From positions 1-33,878 of the IMG/VR virus record IMGVR_UViG_3300017766_000205: DNA of 33,878 nt. One strand, given 5' to 3'. A program made the translations under genes and the position numbers. This DNA comes from a virus. Lineage: Duplodnaviria > Caudoviricetes. Positions 26,373 through 33,878 of the stretch are shown here, piece after piece (position 1 is the stretch's first letter; each line of letters begins with the position of its first letter). A model generated the notes under the pieces. The model searched no databases, had not been told where the DNA came from, and saw nothing but the letters and a program-made list of their open reading frames with translations.

Positions 26373-28256
26373 TTACCGCGATCCGTCAGCTCTGATGTCG
26401 AGGCGAGGAGCGCCCAACTGCCATGCCACACCCAGTGCGGTGCTGGAGATTCGCATAGCCATCTGGCGAGCCCGGATGCGCGTGTAAACCTGACCCGTGA
26501 ACTGCTCCACCGGCAAGTTGACCGTGCGGATGACCGAGGCGCTGTTGGAGCCGCCCACCGATGCTGGGGTTGTGTAGCCCGAGCCGGAGTTCTTGAGCGG
26601 CAGCAGCGACATCACGATGGCCGGGTTCTCTGCGCTGGAGCCACGGAACGTCACGTCCGGCAGCATCCTCCAGATAAAGGAGAACTTGTGGCCGTCATCC
26701 AAATCAAATTCAGCGGAGGTGATGAACGACTCCATGGCAACAGGAGTGCCTTCCATGTTGTCGTCGTTTCCGACTTCATGGCTGACCAAGTTGTTGACGT
26801 AGGTGGCAGCCACAGGGCCATCCTCCAAGCCGGAGTCCAGCCAAGCCGTGCGGCCCATGTTGCCGTAGTACCAGATGTCTTCCAAGTAGTTGTAGATGGC
26901 GTACCGGTCCAGCACAACAGAGTTGGCCGAGCAGTAGAACCACCACACTTCGTTGAAGCCTTCGTTGGTGCCGCAGACCACCTGCTCCATCTGAGCGGTA
27001 TTGATGTCGCTGAAGATGTATTGGCGCAAGTCGCAGCGCAGTGTCTGGGTGCGACCATCGTACTTGTAGAACTTGTCCACGCCCATCCAGTAGGAGATGC
27101 CCGAGGCAAGGGCCACCGAGTTCGGGCCTGAGATAGAGATGTTCTCACCCACCAGCTTTGCACCCCAGCCCTCAGGAGCACCCAAGTACTGAAGCGAGTA
27201 CAGGGCTGCGTCCGTCCAGACCAGCAATTCTTCCCGGGACTGAAGCTTGGCAACGATCTCTGAGCCCTGAGACAGGCGCAGGCTGCCAGCTTGGTTGGTC
27301 GGCAATGGAGTCCAGTCCACCACGCTCTCCTGATCGGACCAGCGAATCAGCATGGGGTCCAGCACGGAGGAGCTCAGATCGGTGCAGCCAAAGGCGAACA
27401 CAAAGCGGCTGATGTCAGACACATAGGTGATGTTGACCTTGGTCGGAACATCTGAGGCCCCAGCCATGCTGGTCACGTTTACACCACGGTTTGCCGACAC
27501 CCCAGCGGAGGCATCCCAGTAATACAAGCCACCGCCGCGAGGGCAGTACACCAAGTCTTCACCGAAGTTGCTCTGGCTCCAGATGCGCAGGGAATCGGTC
27601 GATGCGCTGCCCACGCCCCATGTGCCAGTACCCCAAGCGCCAGCGCCCCAGCCGGTCAAGGGAGCCACGACAGCAGGGCCGACGTTGATCTGGTAGGCCG
27701 CAGTGACGGTTCCGCCGCCAGTGGCCGTAGATGAGGCATTGCTCGAGGCCGTGATGCTGTACTCGCCGGACGTGTTGGTGGTGATCTGGTACTCGCCGTT
27801 CAGGGTCAAGCCGCCCACGGCAGTGGCCCCGCTGAAAGTCACGAAGTCACCGTCCGTGTAGCCCCCTGCTGCGTCAGTCACCACCACAATAGGGGAGCCG
27901 GAGGTGGTCTCAAACGGATTGGTCAGGGTTTCTGTATCGCGCAGGGGGGTGATGTCATAGTAGCTGCCGCCTTGGTTCACGTAGAACTTCAGGTTGGTGC
28001 CCACGCCAATCAGCTTGTTGCCACCCAGCGTCACCCAGTTGTTCAGAGACCGGCAGATGCCGAGATAGTAGCTGGTGGAGTACGGTGCCCAGCCACCCAA
28101 TTTTTCAGCCGAGCCGGAGCGAAAGCGAATCTTGTCGCAGTCGTACCAACCCGCAGCATACGAGCCGTTTACACCCGTTGGGCCGACGTTCTCGGACAGG
28201 TATCTGGTGTTTTCCCGGGCAACGCCGGGACGGATCAGTATTTTCTTGAGTGGCAC
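26373..28256 (-). CDS. Tail tubular/nozzle or head-stabilisation protein (P22 gp10 / T7 gp12-like)
   Basis: GAGGT SD with GTG start; beta-propeller-like Trp-rich sequence (IRWSDQE, YWMG, EVWWFY); ends RLDIRADGSR; position in the virion module. Confidence 0.65.
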   Translation of the reverse strand: MPLKKILIRPGVARENTRYLSENVGPTGVNGSYAAGWYDCDKIRFRSGSAEKLGGWAPYSTSYYLGICRSLNNWVTLGGNKLIGVGTNLKFYVNQGGSYYDITPLRDTETLTNPFETTSGSPIVVVTDAAGGYTDGDFVTFSGATAVGGLTLNGEYQITTNTSGEYSITASSNASSTATGGGTVTAAYQINVGPAVVAPLTGWGAGAWGTGTWGVGSASTDSLRIWSQSNFGEDLVYCPRGGGLYYWDASAGVSANRGVNVTSMAGASDVPTKVNITYVSDISRFVFAFGCTDLSSSVLDPMLIRWSDQESVVDWTPLPTNQAGSLRLSQGSEIVAKLQSREELLVWTDAALYSLQYLGAPEGWGAKLVGENISISGPNSVALASGISYWMGVDKFYKYDGRTQTLRCDLRQYIFSDINTAQMEQVVCGTNEGFNEVWWFYCSANSVVLDRYAIYNYLEDIWYYGNMGRTAWLDSGLEDGPVAATYVNNLVSHEVGNDDNMEGTPVAMESFITSAEFDLDDGHKFSFIWRMLPDVTFRGSSAENPAIVMSLLPLKNSGSGYTTPASVGGSNSASVIRTVNLPVEQFTGQVYTRIRARQMAMRISSTALGVAWQLGAPRLDIRADGSR

Positions 28257-28264
28257 GGTTTACC

Positions 28265-28777
28265 TCATGCGGTCATGGATGAGGCGGTATTTTGCACTTC
28301 CGCTACACGGCGGCCCCAGCCCTTACCAAATGTACCCCAATGAGGCAAATCCATCAAGAAGGACAGGCGGCGCTTGGCGTAGTCCTCCACCAGCTCTTTC
28401 GGGTCAAACGCAGCCACGGCAGCCAGCGTCTTGGGGCCAATGCCACCATCAGGCTCGACACCCACGCAGGATTGCAGCCACTTGGCAGCACGCCCGGGGC
28501 CGGAGTTCACAGCAGCGTCAAAGACGGCGTAGTCCACCCCTTCAGGCAGATCGTCGCCCTTGATCTTGTCCCAGTACTTGGCCTTGTACATGGGGCCAAC
28601 CAGCTCGGGCGTCAGCGCACGCATGGCCTTTTCGTCCACCTCGTGACCCACCCACTCCTCCCAGACTCTCTGAGTCACGCCAAGGTTGGTTCGACCACCC
28701 GGGTCGGACGGGTGATTTACGTAGCCGCCCTCATGGTGGAGGATGGCCTTCAGTGCTGCGTCGAAGTTCTGTTTCAT
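28265..28777 (-). CDS. Endolysin, glycoside hydrolase family 108 with peptidoglycan-binding domain
   Basis: HEGGYVNHPSDPGGRTNLGVT, FDAAVNSGPGRA, DGGIGPKTL, FGKGWGRR. Confidence 0.93.
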   Translation of the reverse strand: MKQNFDAALKAILHHEGGYVNHPSDPGGRTNLGVTQRVWEEWVGHEVDEKAMRALTPELVGPMYKAKYWDKIKGDDLPEGVDYAVFDAAVNSGPGRAAKWLQSCVGVEPDGGIGPKTLAAVAAFDPKELVEDYAKRRLSFLMDLPHWGTFGKGWGRRVAEVQNTASSMTA

Positions 28778-29238
28778 TTCAAGTCCTTGAGTTTTTGGAT
28801 GTCAGCGCCTTTGTCCTTGGAGCCCTGTGAGCTGCCACGGTGAAAGTTCAGGATGGTACCGCTCATGGTGATGAGTGAGCCAAGTGCCATGTACACCAGC
28901 TCCTTGTTGGCCTCTGGGACGCCCTTGATGAAGGCAAACCATGCCAAAAAGATGGTGGCCGACACAATCCCCACGTCCAGCGCGTAAGCTGTGTTTTTGG
29001 CAAGCCATGAGGCATTGGCTGACTCTTGCACCTTGGCGTTCATGTCCCGGGCGCTGTCGGTGTTGGCATTGCTGATCTCAAGCACCTTGGTCTCGTTGGC
29101 CATCCGGGCCAGCTCGCCGTTCTCCTGCATCTGGGCCAGCTCTTGCTTTGCGGCTGCGGCTGCTGCGGGGTCTGGCAGGAATCTGTCAATCAGTTTGCCG
29201 CCGATGGCAGCTAGTGGGTTCAGGTCACTCAGGTTCAT
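28774..29238 (-). CDS. Putative holin (GTA 3TM-holin-like)
   Basis: GGKLIDRFLPDP N-terminus, two hydrophobic segments, FHRGSSQGSKDK tail; ATGA overlap with the endolysin gene. Confidence 0.65.
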   Translation of the reverse strand: MNLSDLNPLAAIGGKLIDRFLPDPAAAAAAKQELAQMQENGELARMANETKVLEISNANTDSARDMNAKVQESANASWLAKNTAYALDVGIVSATIFLAWFAFIKGVPEANKELVYMALGSLITMSGTILNFHRGSSQGSKDKGADIQKLKDLK

Positions 29239-29855
29239 CAGTTACCTCTCTTCGTCAACATAGCGCTGGCGATCTCCAGCATAAATTTGGTTTGCTGCAA
29301 GTCCTCTGGGGGCTGTGTCCAACCCACCGTAACCTGCCCCACAAACCTCGGACTGTCTGGCGGCACGCTCACCCGGCAAGTGAAGGTCACGCCCTTCTCG
29401 ATGTACCACAAGCCCACTTCAGACTGCGCGTAGCGGTACTCTGAGCACGGTATTTCGTTGGTCATCAACTTGACCACATCTGCGTTGTTGCCTGCGTTCT
29501 GGGTGAACAGCCCCACGTCGATGTCTTCGATGGATTTATCCCTGCCGTCCTTGGTGTAGGCCCGGTACAGCACCCGCGAGTTGAACAATGGGTTGACTTT
29601 GAAGATCGCCACCACCGAAGCGCCGGTCTGTTTAAACAGCATGGCGCTGGCATCGTCCGTGCGGGACGTGTTGATCTCCGGCAGCTTCTTGGACTCTTTG
29701 TAAGCGTCCCTCATGAAGTCTTGGTTCTGCCACAGGAAGTACCCGGCAAAGGCCACGATACCCATGATGAGGATGGCGAACAGCTTGAACGGGCTGTCCA
29801 CATACCCGAGCACCTTGTCGAGTGTGGAGTTGGGGTTGAGTTTTTCGTCGCTCAT
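29238..29855 (-). CDS. Single-TM protein resembling T4/T5 class III holin
   Basis: 205 aa; one N-terminal TM (FAILIMGIVAFAGYFLW); soluble domain with two Cys; segments resemble T4 gp t as recalled. Confidence 0.55.
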   Translation of the reverse strand: MSDEKLNPNSTLDKVLGYVDSPFKLFAILIMGIVAFAGYFLWQNQDFMRDAYKESKKLPEINTSRTDDASAMLFKQTGASVVAIFKVNPLFNSRVLYRAYTKDGRDKSIEDIDVGLFTQNAGNNADVVKLMTNEIPCSEYRYAQSEVGLWYIEKGVTFTCRVSVPPDSPRFVGQVTVGWTQPPEDLQQTKFMLEIASAMLTKRGN

Positions 29856-30298
29856 CGCAGGTGCTTCATGTAAATGACAATGCCACCGACCATCAGGCCA
29901 GCCAGCACGATGGTTGCCATGCCAAGGGCAATGTACTCAATCAACTGTGCGAGGCGTGCTGCTCTACGGGCTTCTTCACGGGCAGCAGCTTCTTTGGCCT
30001 CCCTGCGCTTTCTGGCGGCAGCAGCTTGGAAGTTCTGCCAGTCATTCCACATGCCCGGCCTACCAGCGTAGACCATGCGCTCACGGAGTTCTTCTTCCTG
30101 CTGCTTGAGCTGCTCAAGCGCCATGAACTCCTCAAGGTCCGAGCCACCACCCTTCTGAGTGGCCTTTTCCTGAATCTTGGCCTTGTTGTCGAAGTAGTCG
30201 AAGACCCGGGAGCCAAGCTGGTGCAGCTCCTTGCCATTGGCCAAGGCTTGCTTGATCACGGAAAATGCCGCGTTCGCAGCCATAACCTCAGCCAACAT
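29852..30298 (-). CDS. Coiled-coil protein with C-terminal TM helix
   Basis: 148 aa; charged helical core; YIALGMATIVLAGLMVGGIVIY; ATGA overlap with the next gene. Confidence 0.8.
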   Translation of the reverse strand: MLAEVMAANAAFSVIKQALANGKELHQLGSRVFDYFDNKAKIQEKATQKGGGSDLEEFMALEQLKQQEEELRERMVYAGRPGMWNDWQNFQAAAARKRREAKEAAAREEARRAARLAQLIEYIALGMATIVLAGLMVGGIVIYMKHLR

Positions 30299-30301
30299 AC
30301 T

Positions 30302-30394
30302 TCACATCCAATAAAAAAGGGCTGCCTTGACAAACAAGACAACCCCTGACACAAGGGCTGCTGCCGCTATGAACGACAACAGCCAGTCTCGCAT
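30302..30394 (-). CDS. Unannotated 30-aa membrane peptide
   Basis: MRDWLLSFIAAAALVSGVVLFVKAALFYWM fills the gap: ATG 1 nt after the upstream TAA, stop 3 nt before the next ATG. Confidence 0.65.
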   Translation of the reverse strand: MRDWLLSFIAAAALVSGVVLFVKAALFYWM

Positions 30395-30395
30395 C

Positions 30396-30578
30396 TTAGT
30401 CCGTGCCGCCTGCGGCAGCTTCTTCAGGCATGGCCTCCTTGGGTACTTGGACCTGAGGGATGGCTTGCTCTTGAATGGCTTGGATCAAATTGGTGACCTC
30501 TGCGTATGGGCGGGTGCCCAAGTATTGCAGGATGCCGTTGACCAAACCCAAGGACAGGGAAATGTTTTGCTCGTTCAT
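30396..30578 (-). CDS. Small tail-fibre-associated protein (60 aa)
   Basis: GGAG SD favours the ATG at 30578; LVNGILQYLGTRPYAEV motif; located downstream of the fibre gene. Confidence 0.75.
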   Translation of the reverse strand: MNEQNISLSLGLVNGILQYLGTRPYAEVTNLIQAIQEQAIPQVQVPKEAMPEEAAAGGTD

Positions 30579-30594
30579 TTGTTTCTCCAAAGCA

Positions 30595-30622
30595 GTGCGG
30601 TAAAGGGGCCGCACGAAACCCC
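30595..30622 (-). promoter_or_regulatory. Predicted H-type RNA pseudoknot
   Basis: Minus strand reads GGGG-UUUC-GUGCGG-CCCC-UUUA-CCGCAC (S1 4 bp, S2 6 bp). Confidence 0.55.
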
Positions 30623-30632
30623 ATGAACGTGA

Positions 30633-30941
30633 TTATGCCGCAGCAGACCAAGGTGTGCCAGTGGCGGTCACAGGGTTTTTCTGCAACTCAATGTTTTGGG
30701 CCAGAGCGGCTTCAGTGGCGTCTTTGTCTACGCCCGATGCCCAGCACCAATCCAATACTTCTTGCATGGTCACATCAGCATAGGGCACGGAAGGAGTGCC
30801 ATCAGCCCATGAGCAGGTTGAATAGGCGGAGGCCGAGTAGTCTCCGTCAGCGGCTGTGCAAGTCCAGTGTGCCGTGGTGATGAAGCCGTTGGAGACTTCG
30901 TAGTTGGTTTGGGTGATTACCCAGTTGTATGCGATTGTCAT
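30633..30941 (-). CDS. Tail-fibre-associated protein (102 aa; assembly/chaperone role inferred)
   Basis: AAGGA SD; W.I....,AHW.C, VPYADVT..EVLDW and C-terminal GTPW pattern typical of genes following phage fibres. Confidence 0.75.
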   Translation of the reverse strand: MTIAYNWVITQTNYEVSNGFITTAHWTCTAADGDYSASAYSTCSWADGTPSVPYADVTMQEVLDWCWASGVDKDATEAALAQNIELQKNPVTATGTPWSAAA

Positions 30942-30956
30942 GATATTTCCTTTCGA

Positions 30957-33878
30957 TTAACTCATGCGGTACAGGATGAAAGTGTTTGCAGCCGTGCGGC
31001 GGATGCGGAAGTTTGCCGATGTGCCAGTGGCAATTGTCAGAGCACCCAGCGATGTTACGCCAGTGTTGACAGCCATTGTGATCGTGCCAGAGGCAGTGTT
31101 GATGACGGTGAAGTCATAACCCAAGTTGGTTGTAGCCCAAGGAACCAGAGTTTCCATTGTGGAGCCCAGAGGCATCGTCACGGTGTAGCTTGTGCCAGTC
31201 GTGTTGATGATCTGGCCTTGGATGTTGGCGTTGGTCAGTGTTGCTGTGGTGCTGATGGACGCAGGTGCTGGAGCCCAGACAACTGCGGAGCCAGTCTGCA
31301 TTTGCACGTTGCCCACGTTGTCAATACGCACGCGCTCGGTGTCACTACCTACGTTAAACGCCATGTAGTCGTTGTTGTACACCGCAGCATTGATGGATGC
31401 CTTGATAGCACCGTTGCTGTCAAACGCCAGCTTAACCACTTGAGTGGAGGCTGTGTTGTTGTTGCGCAAGATCAGTGGCGTAGTAGACCCAGACCCGTCC
31501 ACTTTAAATGTTCCAGCCCCAGCTACGTCCAACTTAGTTGCTGGCGAAGTTGTCCCAATACCCAAGTCACCATCTGCATCCAGCGTCATCGCCTGTGTGA
31601 AGGTGATGGCTGTTCCCGCTGTGCCGGAAGGGGCGCTGAACCAAGCATGAGCGCCTGCTAATTGACGATACCGACTTGCGGCGTCAGTGCTTGCGTAGAC
31701 AAATGTTCCCGAGCCAGAATCATAAGTATTCTGTCCAAGCGAAATCTGCGTTGTTGAAAACGCCCAAACAGCGCCGCCAGAAAGTTGTATCGCTTTATTA
31801 CTGGCCCCCCAAGCACTCGGAGTAACTCCCAAGCCGAGGTTGCCGGAGGAGTCGATACGCATGCGTTCTACGCCTGTCGCACTGGTGCTGTCTGATGTCG
31901 CAAAGGTCAGGCTAACCAAATTTCCAGCAGAATTCTCAATCACGCTGACAATCTTTGCCTTCGCGCCTGTACCGTTGGTAGAGGCATCGTTGGCGTAGAA
32001 GTCAATTTCACCGATGACGTTCCCGGTCGTCAGCGCCGTGTTGGAGTTTTCAAGCGTCAAGACCGCGCCAGTAGAGCCAGAGCCGCTTGGGTTAAGCAAT
32101 GAGCGTGGCGAACTCGTCCCAATACCCACGTTGCCTGCGGCGTTCAGCGTCATGCGGATCGAAGGTGTGCTTGCGCCATCCGCTGTGGTCGAGAAATACA
32201 AACCACCGGGCATGTCGTTTGTGCCGGGAGTGCCGTCAACAAAACCTGCAATTTGAGCGCCACGAACAAAGTTTGTACCGTCAGAGCCTGAGAAGCGGAT
32301 TGCGCCCAGAACATCGCCGTTGTTCACAACTGTCTGCGAGCCAACTGTTGCGTTGCGCGAAAAGCCCATCTCAAGGAAAGGGGCTGCGTTTGTTGTTGCG
32401 AACGCATACTGACCGATGCTGCTGGCTGCGGTGGTTCCACCAAGGGTTTCAATTCCAGTTACAGAGCCCCCAGAACTTGTGACACCCGCTGATCCACCAC
32501 GGATAATTTCACCAGTAGAGAGGATGCGCATGCGCTCGGAGCCATTGGTGTTGAACACCATATTGTTGTTCACGCCGCCACCAAGGTTGATCGAGGCGTT
32601 TGTGACACCCGTATTGCCAATGGAGCGGATTACACCGTTGCCTGCTGTGCTGTCAGTGCGGGTGAGTGTGAGGATGGCAGATGTAGCGTCTGCCACATCA
32701 AGACGCGAAGATGGCGTAGCAGTCCCAATACCTACGTTGTTGCTTGAGCCTATGATACGCATGGACTCCACGCCAGACTGAATAAATGCAATTGACTGCG
32801 TACCACTGGTCGTAATCTGTGCAGTTGATGGGTTTGTGGCTGCGGATGACCCGTTCATCCGGAAATCAAAAGTCACACCATCAGAATTTTGTGCTCTAAA
32901 AAGACTGGGGTTTGCGGCATTTGTCCCCAATGCTTGAATTATGACGCTGGCAGCAGACGAAACAGTTAGCTGGTTGGCAGGCGTAGTCGTCCCAATACCC
33001 ACGTTGCCAGCAAAATAGTTCTGCGCAGTCCCGCTGGCGTAGATGTTGTACTTGTTTGAGCCGCTAGAGACAAGACTGGTGATACCGTAGTTGTTTGTGC
33101 CTTGGGTTTGGTCAACGATGTAAAGACCGTGAGCATTGGTAATTGTTGACGCTGCGCCTTTTACTGGATTAAACGCGTAAAAACCAGCTACGTCAGCAAC
33201 CGTAAAAACTGCATCAGCCGTACCCGGCTGCGCGGAAAAAGACCGCAGGGCAACCGTGGCTGCAGACGTGGCAGTGGGGTACGAATACACACCAGTCTGA
33301 GTTGTTCCTGTCAATGCGGTGCCGCGAGCATAAAGGGCAATTGCGCTGTTTGGGGCAACACCCACACCCATATACCCGTTCACCGTCACAGTGTCGGTAG
33401 AGGCATCACCAAGGGTTACGTTGCCTGTGGTGATGAGACCACCAGCGCCGGGGTCTGTTGTGGTGCCGATGGACAAGCCGCCAGCAGCGGAGAGGCGCAT
33501 GCGCTCTGAGAAAGTAATCGCAGTGCCTGCTGTTCCAGATGGGGCGTTGTGCCACTGGTGAGTACCGCCAGTGGTGCGGTACATCTGCGCCGTATCTGTG
33601 ACTATGTAGTCGTAATTGGTGCCATCATAATAGGCGTTGTTCAGAAGACTAAACTGGTTGTTTCCTGTGCCGCCAGCATAGCCAGCAATGGCCCCACCGG
33701 GAAGTTGCACCGCTTTTAATGTCGCCCAAGCACTCGGAGTAACTCCCAAGCCGAGGTTGCCGGAGGAGTCGATACGCATGCGTTCGGCGTTGGCGGGTGA
33801 AAACGTAAAGTAGGAACTGCCTGCGGCCGAAATAAAGTCCGTTTTGTTGGCGTTAGATGTTCCGTCCCCGTAGTTGCG
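30957..33878 (-). CDS. Tail fibre protein, 5'-partial (at least 973 aa)
   Basis: Frame is open to the window edge; many ERMRI.SSGN(V/L)GIGT-type repeats; Gly/Thr/Ser/Ala-rich. Confidence 0.9.
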   Translation of the reverse strand, partial: RNYGDGTSNANKTDFISAAGSSYFTFSPANAERMRIDSSGNLGLGVTPSAWATLKAVQLPGGAIAGYAGGTGNNQFSLLNNAYYDGTNYDYIVTDTAQMYRTTGGTHQWHNAPSGTAGTAITFSERMRLSAAGGLSIGTTTDPGAGGLITTGNVTLGDASTDTVTVNGYMGVGVAPNSAIALYARGTALTGTTQTGVYSYPTATSAATVALRSFSAQPGTADAVFTVADVAGFYAFNPVKGAASTITNAHGLYIVDQTQGTNNYGITSLVSSGSNKYNIYASGTAQNYFAGNVGIGTTTPANQLTVSSAASVIIQALGTNAANPSLFRAQNSDGVTFDFRMNGSSAATNPSTAQITTSGTQSIAFIQSGVESMRIIGSSNNVGIGTATPSSRLDVADATSAILTLTRTDSTAGNGVIRSIGNTGVTNASINLGGGVNNNMVFNTNGSERMRILSTGEIIRGGSAGVTSSGGSVTGIETLGGTTAASSIGQYAFATTNAAPFLEMGFSRNATVGSQTVVNNGDVLGAIRFSGSDGTNFVRGAQIAGFVDGTPGTNDMPGGLYFSTTADGASTPSIRMTLNAAGNVGIGTSSPRSLLNPSGSGSTGAVLTLENSNTALTTGNVIGEIDFYANDASTNGTGAKAKIVSVIENSAGNLVSLTFATSDSTSATGVERMRIDSSGNLGLGVTPSAWGASNKAIQLSGGAVWAFSTTQISLGQNTYDSGSGTFVYASTDAASRYRQLAGAHAWFSAPSGTAGTAITFTQAMTLDADGDLGIGTTSPATKLDVAGAGTFKVDGSGSTTPLILRNNNTASTQVVKLAFDSNGAIKASINAAVYNNDYMAFNVGSDTERVRIDNVGNVQMQTGSAVVWAPAPASISTTATLTNANIQGQIINTTGTSYTVTMPLGSTMETLVPWATTNLGYDFTVINTASGTITMAVNTGVTSLGALTIATGTSANFRIRRTAANTFILYRMS
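31808..31868. repeat. 61-bp perfect direct repeat, copy 1
   Basis: Identical to 33725-33785; encodes ERMRIDSSGNLGLGVTPSAW. Confidence 0.95.
32114..33008. repeat. 22-bp perfect direct repeat pair (GNVGIGT)
   Basis: TCGTCCCAATACCCACGTTGCC at 32114-32135 and 32987-33008; degenerate copies near 31552 and 32722. Confidence 0.9.
33725..33785. repeat. 61-bp perfect direct repeat, copy 2
   Basis: Identical to 31808-31868; the 1917-bp spacing is in frame. Confidence 0.95.

Larger units (their letters stand above)
1..33878. mobile_element. Tailed bacteriophage genome segment (replication arm on +, virion/lysis arm on -)
   Basis: Dense, often overlapping genes in two convergent operons, including PolA, SNF2 helicase, primase-helicase, endolysin, holins and tail fibre; no cellular housekeeping genes. 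Confidence 0.97.

Noticed and set aside
30327-30360. TTGACA at 30327-30332 as an antisense promoter
   Set aside because: No acceptable -10 element at a 16-18 nt spacing.
31808-33785. Diversity-generating retroelement TR/VR pair
   Set aside because: The copies are identical with no adenine-specific mismatches, both lie inside one CDS, and no reverse transcriptase is present.

Overview
This window is about 34 kb of a tailed dsDNA phage genome (Caudoviricetes, probably podovirus-like). A Gram-negative host is inferred from the lysis genes. It has two convergent arms. The + strand arm (1-10214) is a replication module: DUF3310 protein, family A DNA polymerase (Leu762 type), Cas4-like PD-(D/E)XK exonuclease, degenerate HNH protein, SNF2 helicase, putative SSB, HTH protein and an AEP primase/DUF927 helicase fusion. 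The - strand arm (10211-33878) is a late module: four large putative internal/ejection proteins (2147, 628, 643 and 1740 aa), a tail tube/nozzle-like protein, a lysis region (GH108 endolysin and two holin candidates, one T4-T-like), small tail-associated genes and a 5'-truncated repeat-rich tail fibre. No tRNA, rRNA, CRISPR array or integrase was seen. The most interesting signals are: (1) a promoter-associated structured RNA at 3565-3702 with pyrimidine-rich, partly anti-SD loops; (2) SD-equipped genes overprinted in a disordered linker of the 2147-aa protein; (3) recurring double-glycine motifs in three virion proteins, with a tape-measure-type 'LSxGEFV' domain in one of them; (4) a T4-like class III holin beside an unannotated 30-aa membrane peptide; (5) an RBS-sequestering hairpin that overlaps an extended -10 element; (6) an H-type pseudoknot between tail genes; (7) a perfect 61-bp repeat at tail-fibre module junctions; (8) a copy of the tail-fibre repeat motif inside a replication-arm gene. 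All family assignments come from motif recognition by eye; no searches were run.
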